From NCBI GenBank assembly GCA_964602975.1, contig CAZRTH010000002.1, forward strand, positions 7,668-71,667: DNA of 64,000 bases, given 5' to 3'. A model generated the notes under the pieces. The model ran no database searches. It had not been told where the DNA came from and saw nothing but the letters and a program-made list of their open reading frames with translations. Shown piece after piece: positions 19,490 through 27,885 of this stretch; position 1 is the stretch's first letter, and the number at the start of each line of letters is the position of its first letter. This DNA is from an uncultured Candidatus Saccharibacteria bacterium. GTDB lineage: Bacteria > Patescibacteriota > Minisyncoccia > Phycocordibacterales > JBBTRF01. Made by a program: the position numbers and the translations under genes.

Positions 19490-20166
19490 CCCCGATTCAT
19501 CTCAAAAAGACAGACGGTGCGAAGCAGTCTCCTGAGACGACCCATTACATTGCGGCCAGAAATGGTCTCTTCCTTCAAAAGAAGATGTGGTGGGTGGATG
19601 CTACGGTGCCTGTGGCTGAGGCGAGCAAGCTCAGGGTCCAACACCCTTCAGCGAGATTGCTTCTGCCTAAGCTTCCCGTAGAGATCTTGGCCCAAGCTCT
19701 GAAACTTGCGAAAGCAGTATACGACGTTTCCAAAAGCGAAGTATGTCTGCTCTTGCACTATGATGAGAAAACGGGCTATCAACTCACCGTTCCAGTGCAA
19801 CTAGTCACGCCCTTAAGCGTCGACTACAACGCTTCACAACGGGTGCCAGGAGCGCTCTGTGTAGGAACTATCCACTCGCACGGTAAGCTGCACGCGTTTC
19901 ATTCCGCCACCGACCATGCTGATGAAGAGACTGCAGATGGCGTCCATGTAACCCTCGGGAGCTTGGATGTGTATCCGCGATTCTCTTTGTCGGCAGAGAT
20001 GGCGATCAACGGGACGAGATTCCCCGTTGAGACTCAGTGGTTCGAAGGACTGGTTCTCGAACAAGAACGCATCTATCGTATCGATTGGCCGGCCATTGAT
20101 TCGTGGGAGGTTCCGCGGAAATGGCTCGATGTCGTCGAGCACAGGAAAGGAACACCATGGCCATAA
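19486..20166 (+). CDS. JAB/MPN (JAMM) metallopeptidase, deubiquitinase-like
   Basis: Canonical JAMM motif 'E...HSHGKLHAFHSATD' (HxH-x7-S-xx-D) with upstream Glu ('KSEVCLL'). Confidence 0.7.
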   Translation: MTPIHLKKTDGAKQSPETTHYIAARNGLFLQKKMWWVDATVPVAEASKLRVQHPSARLLLPKLPVEILAQALKLAKAVYDVSKSEVCLLLHYDEKTGYQLTVPVQLVTPLSVDYNASQRVPGALCVGTIHSHGKLHAFHSATDHADEETADGVHVTLGSLDVYPRFSLSAEMAINGTRFPVETQWFEGLVLEQERIYRIDWPAIDSWEVPRKWLDVVEHRKGTPWP

Positions 20167-20867
20167 AAGTGATCGGTCTCGGCGGTATCGGTAGTCAGTT
20201 GATATCGCCTCTGTGCCGCTACCTTGATTCGCAGAAGGACGGCAGCATTCAGATCGTCGTCATCGACGGCGACGCATACGAAGCCAGAAATGCCGACCGC
20301 CAGGAATTCTTGGATGTCGGCAATAAGGCTGAAATTACGGCTGCTCGGATGAGGCGGGATTTACCCGGTCTTCTCATCGAGGCGAAGCCTGAATACGTGA
20401 CGGAGGAGAACGTGTTCTTCATGATCAACAACGGCGATATCGTGTTCCTGGGGGTAGACAACCATGCTACTCGGAAACTCGTGTCCGACCGCTGTCGAGA
20501 ATTGGAGGACGTGGCGCTCATCTCCGGCGGGAATGAGCTGATCGACGGCAACGTCCAGATCTATCTCCGCATTGGTGGCAAGGAACTATCGGCCCCGATC
20601 ACGTATCTCCACCCGGAGATCGAACATCCGCGAGATCGGAATCCCGCGGAAATGAGTTGCGAAGAGCTCGCTTCGAGTGGAGTTCCACAGCTGATCTTTA
20701 CCAACTTGACCGCGGCCGTCCTTATGCTCTCAGCATTTCGAATGGTTGGCGCGGTCTTGGCAGGAAAGGGAAAGTTGATATACTCGGAGCAGTTCTTCGA
20801 TGTAGAAACCGGTAACGTCCTGACCTTCTTGCGCAAGCCAGAAGGTCATCACAGAAAGGCAACATGA
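20157..20867 (+). CDS. E1-like (ThiF/MoeB/ubiquitin-activating) adenylyltransferase
   Basis: Rossmann 'VIGLGGIGSQL' and 'VVIDGDAYEARNADRQ' (ThiF 'D.D.V..SNLNRQ' motif); ATG at 20157 with AAAGGA RBS, overlaps JAB gene end by 10 nt. Confidence 0.7.
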   Translation: MAIKVIGLGGIGSQLISPLCRYLDSQKDGSIQIVVIDGDAYEARNADRQEFLDVGNKAEITAARMRRDLPGLLIEAKPEYVTEENVFFMINNGDIVFLGVDNHATRKLVSDRCRELEDVALISGGNELIDGNVQIYLRIGGKELSAPITYLHPEIEHPRDRNPAEMSCEELASSGVPQLIFTNLTAAVLMLSAFRMVGAVLAGKGKLIYSEQFFDVETGNVLTFLRKPEGHHRKAT

Positions 20868-21139
20868 CAGAAACGACGACAACACCCGATGGCAGCGCGC
20901 AGCCTCCAGTGCTGGACGCGCCCAGTGTGCAGATCCAGTGTGGCGCCAACAGCCAGAGCATCACGCTCGGCGATGGCGAAGTCCTGACAGTGGGGAATGT
21001 GCGCGAGCGCCTCGGCGACGTGCTCAACCTCGCCCCCACTATGCTCGCCGTTATCGGTGACGAAACAGTGGACGACGACCGCGCCCTCCGGCCCGGAGAA
21101 ACGCTCCAGTTCATCAAGCAGTCCGGGACGAAGGGCTAA
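20864..21139 (+). CDS. ubiquitin-like beta-grasp protein (ThiS/MoaD-like), C-terminal Gly
   Basis: 91 aa; 'VQIQCGANSQSITLGDGEVLTVGNVRERLGDVL...MLAVIGDETVDDDRALRPGETLQFIKQSGTKG*' matches ThiS/MoaD pattern ending in Gly; start overlaps E1 stop (ATGA). Confidence 0.5.
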   Translation: MTETTTTPDGSAQPPVLDAPSVQIQCGANSQSITLGDGEVLTVGNVRERLGDVLNLAPTMLAVIGDETVDDDRALRPGETLQFIKQSGTKG

Positions 21140-21191
21140 CTTATCGGCCACCGCACTCGGCTTCCGTGATGCTGATTCGAAAACGCAACTC

Positions 21192-21221
21192 GGCCTCCTT
21201 TCGGGGAGGTCGGGTTTTTTG
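21192..21221 (+). terminator. rho-independent terminator after Ubl gene
   Basis: 'GGCCTCC-TTTC-GGGGAGGTC' hairpin followed by 'GGGTTTTTTGTTTGGG'. Confidence 0.5.
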
Positions 21222-21518
21222 TTTGGGAAAAGATGGGTAAATAAAAACAGCAACCAGCCACGATGTGGGGGTTGCCATTCGTCGGCGCTTGTTCAGTGCC
21301 TCCTCCGGCGAGCTTTCCGATGGGGTCGCCTGGGAAGGCTTTGATCTCGCACCTCTTCGACGAGAATGTGCTTGTCTACTTGGCACTTGGTGCATGAGCA
21401 GACAAATGAGACGCCGTCTCCTCCGTTGCATTCCGCATGTTTCCCTGATTGGCAGGGGCCACATGACCGTTGTTGCATGATCGTCCTTTCTTCTTTTTGT
21501 TTGGGGACTGGCGGTGAC

Positions 21519-21968
21519 TCAGAGGCTCATTCGATAGCTGTTCGTCTCACGGATCGTGAAGCCTAGCTTTTTGTAGAGGGCGTTGGCGGCGACACGGCTT
21601 GGGTTCGAGGTGAGATCGAGATGGCTTAGTGAGCCGGGATAGCTGCGGGCTTTTTCGATCAGGCGAGTCATTAATGCTTCGCCGATCTTTTGTCCGCGAT
21701 ACGCATCGTCGACGACCACGTCTTCGATCGTTCCGGAGCTATACAGCGCGGTATGTCGATAGAGAAGCAGGGCCATGCCGACGATCTTGTTCGGGCTGTC
21801 TGTGTCGCGGGCGACGCAGAGCACGCCGAACATCATGGCTCGACGGAGCTGGTTGGGCGAGAATTGCCTTTGGGGCGAGAGCTGGGAGAGGAGCGAGGCG
21901 ATTTGTAGCACCTCGGCTTCGCTGAGCTCGCTGAATGTTTCAATAAAAGAGTAGGTGATGGCGGGCAT
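21519..21968 (-). CDS. GNAT family N-acetyltransferase
   Basis: 'VVVDDAYRGQKIGEALMTRLIEKA' (motif A, Q/R-x-x-G-x-G/A) and 'ANALYKKLGF' motif B; start placed at internal Met (MPAITYSF) because the longer ORF would run through the ssrA terminator/3' end. Confidence 0.65.
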   Translation of the reverse strand: MPAITYSFIETFSELSEAEVLQIASLLSQLSPQRQFSPNQLRRAMMFGVLCVARDTDSPNKIVGMALLLYRHTALYSSGTIEDVVVDDAYRGQKIGEALMTRLIEKARSYPGSLSHLDLTSNPSRVAANALYKKLGFTIRETNSYRMSL

Positions 21969-22189
21969 AAGAAAGAGCTTTCGGTGAGGGTGAGGCTCGC
22001 GTATCGAGCCGCTGTATCCAAGGTACAGTTTAAATGGGAGGGAGTCAATTGTTGGTGAGTAATTGGTCACAGATAATTTCCTCGCCGACGCTCGGAAATT
22101 TCCGCGACCCCGCCTCGCGGTTCGGCCTGCTGTCCTCACATCCGCTCCGGCTTTCAATTCCTGCCTCCATACTTCCAAACAAAAGAAAA

Positions 22190-22208
22190 AACACTCACGA
22201 AGAGTGTT
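22190..22208. terminator. bidirectional hairpin terminator downstream of ssrA 3' end
   Basis: 'ACACTC-ACGAA-GAGTGT' stem-loop flanked by A-run (22181-22190) and T-run (22208-22216). Confidence 0.45.
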
Positions 22209-22221
22209 TTTTCTTTTGTTG

Positions 22222-22613
22222 TGGAGATGGGAGGAATTGAACCCCCGTGCAGAAGAGTCTAGTGAATGGGTCTACGAAGGGTAGGGCGCTTCTATGTCTG
22301 CGGGGCAGACAATTCGCGCGAGCCGTTATGAAACGACCGAAAAGCGGCTCGCGCTATTCCCATGATTTCGAATCGGCGGCGGGACTCCGCTGATCCCATT
22401 CCACAAATATAGCGTCAGGACCGAACGGTGTGGAAACCATCCGGCTGGCGTCGCTTAGGCTTTCGCGTAAGCGAATGCAAGGTCAGCCGCACCGAAGTAC
22501 GGAGACTTTACAGATCCAAGTTTTGCACTTAGAATTTCCAGCCTTTTTAAGAGTTACTGGAGCTCTCCTTCGCACATTCAAGAGATATTCTTCCGTCGAT
22601 GCCTGGCATCCCC
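22222..22613 (-). ncRNA. ssrA: tmRNA (SsrA, transfer-messenger RNA)
   Basis: Minus-strand 5' end 'GGGGATGCCAGGCATCGACGG' mirrors E. coli 'GGGGCUGAUUCUGGAUUCGACGGG'; 3' end '...GGGGGTTCAATTCCTCCCATCTCCA' is a T-arm plus acceptor strand complementary to the 5' GGGGATG; adjacent to smpB; 'UAAAAAGGCUGG...AAGU-GCA' context resembles E. coli resume-codon context; CCA not encoded. Confidence 0.7.
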
Positions 22614-22639
22614 GTATGAAAATCCTGCGTGCTCGATTG

Positions 22640-23095
22640 TCAACGATCTCGATACTCGCGAGCGACGTCGCGCGCGGCCTGCTTTTTCTTCATGGATTCG
22701 CGCTTGTCATGCTTCTTTTTGCCTTTCACGACTGCGATCTCTACTTTCAACTTCCGACCCTTATTATACACCGAAACAGGCACTATTGTCAAACCTTGTT
22801 TCGCCTCAATATTGGCCAATTCCTGAAGCTCTTTTTTGCTCAACAGGAGCTTGCGAATGCGGGCCTGGTCAAAATCTTTCGGGGCATTGAGGGGTTGGAA
22901 AGGGGGAATCTCGGTGTTCATGAGAAATGCTTCGCCGCCACGGATGGTGACGTAGCCGCCTTCGAGCTTGCCGAGCTTGGCCCGGACGGATTTCACCTCG
23001 GTGCCGAGCAACTCAATGCCTGCCTCGTATTTCTCGAGGATCTCGTAGTCGAGACCGATCTTTTTGTGCTGCAACAGCGCCATGGGTATCATCAT
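22640..23095 (-). CDS. smpB: SsrA-binding protein SmpB
   Basis: 'YEAGIELLGTEVKSVRAKLGKLEGGYVTIRGGEAFLMN...KLLLSKKELQEL...KGKKKHDKR' aligns with SmpB (FEAGLALQGWEVKSLRAG...DGEAFL...KLLLNQREL...KGKKQHDKR). Confidence 0.85.
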   Translation of the reverse strand: MMIPMALLQHKKIGLDYEILEKYEAGIELLGTEVKSVRAKLGKLEGGYVTIRGGEAFLMNTEIPPFQPLNAPKDFDQARIRKLLLSKKELQELANIEAKQGLTIVPVSVYNKGRKLKVEIAVVKGKKKHDKRESMKKKQAARDVAREYRDR

Positions 23096-23237
23096 AGCAT
23101 GGGGTATGACGGAGAAAAGGAGAGTTGCCAGAACGCTTTACTTTATACCCGAATTATGGTATTTATATAGTCGGCCTCGTAATAGAAAAACTACATAACC
23201 AAACATAGACAACAAGGAAAAAGAGAAAGGGAAATGC

Positions 23238-23843
23238 ATGAACAACACGAACCTGTCCGTCGGTCTGCTCGTCTCTTTTGGTTTCGTCCTCCTCCTGCTC
23301 GCCATCTTGGTCGGCACTATCTGCTATCGGCTCCACAAGCGCAAGCTGCGTCGGTGCAAGTGCCTCCTGCCTGGTGGCGAAGAGTGCGGCTGCAACCCGA
23401 AGCGCATTGGTCAGCTCTGGCGTCTCGTCGATCCAAACAAGGGCACCGACAATCCAAGCGAGGGTGTGAAATGGCTTGCGCTCGTGCTCACTCAGTGTAG
23501 AACCACAGGGGTGGTCCACTTGGTGAAGGACGAGCAAAAATACTTCAACCCTGTCACGCGTTGGTGGAAGCGTTTGTTCGAGCGAGCGGCATTTTGGCCA
23601 GATTTCGAGCTACTCGTCAGTGCACAAGAAAGTCTGCGAGTGGCGCAGCTCCTCGAGGAGATCGTTCTCACCAGCGGACAGCCCGCTACGATGTTGCTTG
23701 TCGGACCGAAGCGCGATACTGAAATGACTGAGCGCCGAAAGGCAGTGCTACGGATCCTCGATCGCCGTCGGCGAGCGAGGGAGGGGAAGCCTCTCATGCC
23801 AGTTCCGGCTTTGCCGCTCCGCTCGCTTGCGGACTCGCCATAG
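23238..23843 (+). CDS. hypothetical membrane protein with Cys-rich juxtamembrane motif
   Basis: N-terminal TM helix 'LLVSFGFVLLLLAILVGTICY', then 'RRCKCLLPGGEECGCNPKR'; Arg-rich C-terminus. Confidence 0.4.
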   Translation: MNNTNLSVGLLVSFGFVLLLLAILVGTICYRLHKRKLRRCKCLLPGGEECGCNPKRIGQLWRLVDPNKGTDNPSEGVKWLALVLTQCRTTGVVHLVKDEQKYFNPVTRWWKRLFERAAFWPDFELLVSAQESLRVAQLLEEIVLTSGQPATMLLVGPKRDTEMTERRKAVLRILDRRRRAREGKPLMPVPALPLRSLADSP

Positions 23844-23958
23844 CAGCATTCCTTGCCTTCGATAGTCCCCATTTGCCTTCGCGAACGCGTCTCCATCACG
23901 GAGCGCGTTCATTTTGTTTTCTTTTTGTCTTCCTCTCGAAAATCTGTATAATCAGGCG

Positions 23959-25941
23959 ATGAATCAGACCACCCCAAACGCACCTGAACATCCCCCTCAG
24001 AAGCCACTCAAAAAAATGCCTAAATTAAAGGGCGGAAAGGAACCAAGCAGCTTTTTGTCCAACCTCCTCACCACCTTGGTGGTGCTGTTCCTGTTGGTCG
24101 GATTGTTTTCGAGCCTCATCAATCCCGGTACGAAAAGCGATACCATTGCGCTCTCCGAGCTAGCTCGTGATGTGAATGACAAGAAGGTGGCGAGCATTAG
24201 CGTGAGCGGAAGCGACCTCACGATCGTATATCACAAGACCAAGCCGGCGGGCGCTACTTCGACCGATGAGGTTGCTGCTGTGGAAAAGAAATCAAAGAAA
24301 GAGACCGACTCTTCGCTCACCGATACTCTCGCTCGATACGGTGTGGAGGCGGAGAAATTGAAGGCGGTGAAGATCGAAATCACCGATCCGAGTGGCTTCC
24401 TCTATTGGTCCGGCCGACTTTTTCCAATCATTCTGCCGCTGATTGGCTTGCTCATTGTCATCTGGTTCCTCTCGCGACAGATGCGCGGAGCGGGCATGCA
24501 GGCAATGTCTTTTGGTCAATCGAAGGCACGCATGATCCTGCCGACCGATGAGAAGCAGCGCGTGAAATTCAAGGATGTTGCGGGTGCAAAAGAGGCGAAA
24601 CAGGAGCTTTCCGAAATCGTGGATTTTTTGAAAAACCCAAGGAAATTTTTTGACATCGGCGCGGTGATCCCGAAGGGGATTTTGTTGATGGGAGCCCCTG
24701 GAACCGGGAAAACGTTGTTGGCCCGAGCTGTTGCTGGCGAGGCTGGTGTCGCTTTCTTCTCGATCTCCGGATCGGAATTTGTCGAAATGTTCGTCGGAGT
24801 CGGTGCTTCCCGTGTCCGAGATTTGTTCAAGATGGCGAAAGAGTCGTCACCGTCGATCATTTTCGTCGACGAGATCGACGCGGTAGGTCGCGTGCGAGGC
24901 ACTGGCGTGGGTGGTGGCAACGATGAGCGTGAGCAGACCTTGAACCAGATCCTCGTGGAGATGGACGGCTTCGAGCCAAATGAAAAGGTGATAGTGATGG
25001 CGGCGACCAACCGGCCAGACGTGCTCGACCCAGCATTGCTTCGCCCCGGCCGATTTGACCGTCGAGTGACCATCGACCTGCCCGACCGAGGTGATCGAGA
25101 GGAAATATTGAAGATCCATTCGGCGAAGAAACCGTTTGCGGAAGATGTGAATTTGAAAGTGATCGCTGAACGAACTCCGGGCTTTTCCGGTGCCGATCTG
25201 TATTCGCTCATGAATGAGGGCGCTATTCTCGCTGCTCGGGAGGATCGAAAGAAGGTGGCGCAATTCGACCTGATCCGCGCGATCGAGAAGGTGATGCTCG
25301 GTCCGGAACGACGCAGCCATTTGCTATCGAAAAAAGAAAAGGAAGTGACCGCATACCATGAGGCGGGCCACGCGCTCATCTCTTCGGTGCTGCCGCACGC
25401 CGATCCAGTGCACAAGATATCGATCATTTCTCGCGGTCGTGCTGCAGGGTACACCTTGCATCTGCCGCTCGAAGATCGAAAGATGCAGTCGAAGAAAGAA
25501 TTTTTGGATGATATCGCGGTGTCACTCGGCGGCTATGTAGTGGAGAAGATGGTGTTCGGAGATATCACGACCGGTCCGTCGAATGATTTGCAGGTCTCGA
25601 CCGCGTTGGCTCGTGACATGGTGACGAAGTATGGCATGTCCGACAAGCTCGGCCCGATCGCCTTAGAGAGCTCCGGCGGCCGACCGTTGTTTGGTCGTGG
25701 TGTTGAAGACAAGGAATACTCCGAGCGAGTGAGTGCGGAAATCGACGCGGAGGTGGCTCGTATCATGACTGAGGCTCGCGCGAAGGCTGAGGAAGTGGTG
25801 ACAAAGCATCGTGCCGCACTCGATGCGATCGCTGCGCGTCTCGTGGAAGCGGAAACGATCGAACGCGAGGAGTATGAGAAGCTGGTGCTGGCTTTTGGGA
25901 TCGTGGCGAAGAAAAAAGATATCATTACGCCGACAGCGTAG
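23959..25941 (+). CDS. ftsH: ATP-dependent zinc metalloprotease FtsH
   Basis: AAA Walker A '[20 protein letters not shown]', Walker B '[10 protein letters not shown]', SRH '[19 protein letters not shown]', zinc-binding 'HEAGHAL'; two N-terminal TM segments; start at internal Met (MNQTT) favoured. Confidence 0.9.
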   Translation: MNQTTPNAPEHPPQKPLKKMPKLKGGKEPSSFLSNLLTTLVVLFLLVGLFSSLINPGTKSDTIALSELARDVNDKKVASISVSGSDLTIVYHKTKPAGATSTDEVAAVEKKSKKETDSSLTDTLARYGVEAEKLKAVKIEITDPSGFLYWSGRLFPIILPLIGLLIVIWFLSRQMRGAGMQAMSFGQSKARMILPTDEKQRVKFKDVAGAKEAKQELSEIVDFLKNPRKFFDIGAVIPKGILLMGAPGTGKTLLARAVAGEAGVAFFSISGSEFVEMFVGVGASRVRDLFKMAKESSPSIIFVDEIDAVGRVRGTGVGGGNDEREQTLNQILVEMDGFEPNEKVIVMAATNRPDVLDPALLRPGRFDRRVTIDLPDRGDREEILKIHSAKKPFAEDVNLKVIAERTPGFSGADLYSLMNEGAILAAREDRKKVAQFDLIRAIEKVMLGPERRSHLLSKKEKEVTAYHEAGHALISSVLPHADPVHKISIISRGRAAGYTLHLPLEDRKMQSKKEFLDDIAVSLGGYVVEKMVFGDITTGPSNDLQVSTALARDMVTKYGMSDKLGPIALESSGGRPLFGRGVEDKEYSERVSAEIDAEVARIMTEARAKAEEVVTKHRAALDAIAARLVEAETIEREEYEKLVLAFGIVAKKKDIITPTA

Positions 25942-26031
25942 AGAGAATGCTTGCTTAATCAGCTCTTTTGTTGTATAAAGTGCCGAGCAAAAGTAACCTG
26001 CCATTGTTGGTGGGAATAGCACCGCACTCCT

Positions 26032-26343
26032 ATGAAAAAGAGAAAATCCAGAACTTCAAGAGCTCCGAAAGCCTCAAGGGCCCCAAGAGCGCCGAGGAAA
26101 AATCCCTACAGCGAATGGGATGAAGATCGAGTGATGAAAGAAGTGGATCGCCAAAAGTCTTTGCGCCCAGCATCGAGGGCGGGGAAATGGGCTCGAACTC
26201 ACGCTCTTAATTTGCTAGGTCTGGCCATCTTGGATGTGCCGATGAAGCGGCCCCCTAAAACGGGCTCCTCTCTCGCTGCTCGCCTCAATCCTTTCCGTGC
26301 CGGCATGGAGCCAGAGCCCGAGTTCGACGGGAGGGCGGCATGA
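26032..26343 (+). CDS. small basic hypothetical protein (103 aa), paralog of next ORF
   Basis: Shares 'NP(Y/F)xxW(D/N)E(D/G)RV(M/R)(K/D)E(V/I)' N-terminal motif with ORF 26340..26531; 4-bp overlap (ATGA) between the two. Confidence 0.35.
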   Translation: MKKRKSRTSRAPKASRAPRAPRKNPYSEWDEDRVMKEVDRQKSLRPASRAGKWARTHALNLLGLAILDVPMKRPPKTGSSLAARLNPFRAGMEPEPEFDGRAA

Positions 26344-26531
26344 GTCAATTCGTCCCGAGGACAAATCCGTTCTTTGACTGGAATGAGGGGCGGGTCCGCG
26401 ACGAGATCGCGAAGCTGAATGTTCCGGCAGAATTGCTCAAGACCTGGTCGGCCGGCGAGAAACAACGCCGGACTATCATGCTCAAAGGTTTGAGGGAACG
26501 GTTGGATGAGATCCTGCGTTCTCAGCAGTAG
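26340..26531 (+). CDS. small hypothetical protein (63 aa), paralog of previous ORF
   Basis: 'NPFFDWNEGRVRDEIAKL' similar to 'NPYSEWDEDRVMKEVDRQ' of upstream ORF. Confidence 0.35.
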   Translation: MSQFVPRTNPFFDWNEGRVRDEIAKLNVPAELLKTWSAGEKQRRTIMLKGLRERLDEILRSQQ

Positions 26532-26699
26532 CTGACACAGCGAAACCACGCCCTCGCAAGACGGCGCGGTTTTTTCTTTAGGTAGATTGTTTGCGGATAC
26601 CACTGCGTTCCATTATGATACGTCTATGCGCCCGTATATGCATACGGACGCTGCGCTCGGAGCAAAAGCTCGAGCGGACTCGTTCTTTGCTCCTCACTT

Positions 26700-26775
26700 G
26701 CGCCCGTAGCTCAGTTGGTAGAGCAGGTGTCTTATACACACCTGGCCGGGGGTTCGAATCCCTCCGGGCGCACCA
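26700..26775 (+). tRNA. tRNA-Ile (anticodon UAU, decodes AUA), CCA encoded
   Basis: Cloverleaf: acceptor GCGCCCG/CGGGCGC, D-arm GCTC-AGTTGGTA-GAGC, anticodon stem GGTGT/ACACC with loop C-T-TAT-A-C, T-arm GGGGG-TTCGAAT-CCCTC, ACCA end. Confidence 0.7.
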
Positions 26776-26805
26776 ATCCACTTTATTCTCCTTTCCGTGA
26801 CATCT

Positions 26806-27777
26806 TTAAGAGAGGTGAGCATTCAAGACGCGTAGAGCGTTCCTCCAAGCCATCTTTTCTTTGAAGGCTTTCAGATTTTTTGATCTCCCGCCGATTTCTT
26901 TTAGAAAGGGAGGTAGACCTGTCACTGAACGAAGTCTTTCAGGAAAACCAGACACGATCCCGCCAAAATCTGAGCCAATAGCGATCGAACTTTCTCCCGC
27001 GATCTTCACGATGTGATCAATATGACCTTTGACCGTCTGTATCGTGGCGCGCTTGTCGCCGGATAGAAATCTCTTTGAGAAAAATACTCCAATCACGCCT
27101 TTGGTCTTGGCGATATGCCTCAGTTGATCATCGCTATAATTTCTTACATTATCGAGCACTGCTCGGGCATTGCCGTGGCTCACGAAGATCGGTTTCGTGA
27201 CGATCTTGCTAGCATCCCAAAAAGTCCTTTCGTTCATGTGGGCGACGTCAAAAATGACGCCCTTCTTTTCACACCAAGTGATGAGTTTCTTGCCCAGTTC
27301 GGTCAGGCCTCGCGTCGAATCGAGCGTCCCTCCGCCAAACGGATTGTTGATATTCCACATCGGTCCGATCGAGCGGAGACCGAGCGAGTAGAAGCGCTCA
27401 AGCATTTTCCAACCGTCTTTCTCATCGAAGACATTGAGGCCTTCAATGTGAAGTATGAGGCCGTATAGTCCGTCAGTCGTCAGAACTTTCTTCAGATCTC
27501 GTCGGTCTTTGATGATGGTAAATTCAGGATGTGCCGCACAGTAGTCGGCATAAGCTCTTAAACTTTCTTCCATTAGAATATTTGCAGAAGGGTCGAGATA
27601 ATTTTCTTTTTCTGGCACGACAAACACCGAAGCTACGACGACCTTGAGTCCGCTCTTCTTTATCTGCTCGAAGCTTGTTTGCTTGTGCTTATCTTTATAC
27701 AACTCAGGACGAGAAACATAGAGCATCAGGTCTTGGTGCAGGTCAATTATGTTCATTTGTTTTATATTTTTTGTCAT
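26806..27777 (-). CDS. membrane dipeptidase (peptidase M19, renal dipeptidase family)
   Basis: 'NIIDLHQDLMLYV' (M19 'DxHxDLP' metal site), 'HIEGL', 'FDVAHMNERTFWD', 'VFVSHGNARAV', 'GSDFGG' motifs. Confidence 0.7.
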   Translation of the reverse strand: MTKNIKQMNIIDLHQDLMLYVSRPELYKDKHKQTSFEQIKKSGLKVVVASVFVVPEKENYLDPSANILMEESLRAYADYCAAHPEFTIIKDRRDLKKVLTTDGLYGLILHIEGLNVFDEKDGWKMLERFYSLGLRSIGPMWNINNPFGGGTLDSTRGLTELGKKLITWCEKKGVIFDVAHMNERTFWDASKIVTKPIFVSHGNARAVLDNVRNYSDDQLRHIAKTKGVIGVFFSKRFLSGDKRATIQTVKGHIDHIVKIAGESSIAIGSDFGGIVSGFPERLRSVTGLPPFLKEIGGRSKNLKAFKEKMAWRNALRVLNAHLS

Positions 27778-27885
27778 CTTTCTGAATTCGACGCCTCCGA
27801 CCGCCGCGTGTTGGGTTGGTCTCGGTCAAATTCAGGAAAATGACGGCGAGTGTGAGCTCGCCGCACCCTTGCTACAAGAAAAGGA

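Noticed and set aside
21519-22178. Longer 219-aa version of the GNAT ORF
   Set aside because: The N-terminal 70 codons are Arg-rich junk and would overlap the ssrA terminator hairpin. The internal Met at 21968 gives a normal ~150-aa GNAT.
24516-25454. 312-aa ORF on the minus strand
   Set aside because: Lies entirely antisense to ftsH, whose motifs are unambiguous. Ser/Arg/Pro-rich low-complexity translation typical of antisense frames in GC-rich genes.
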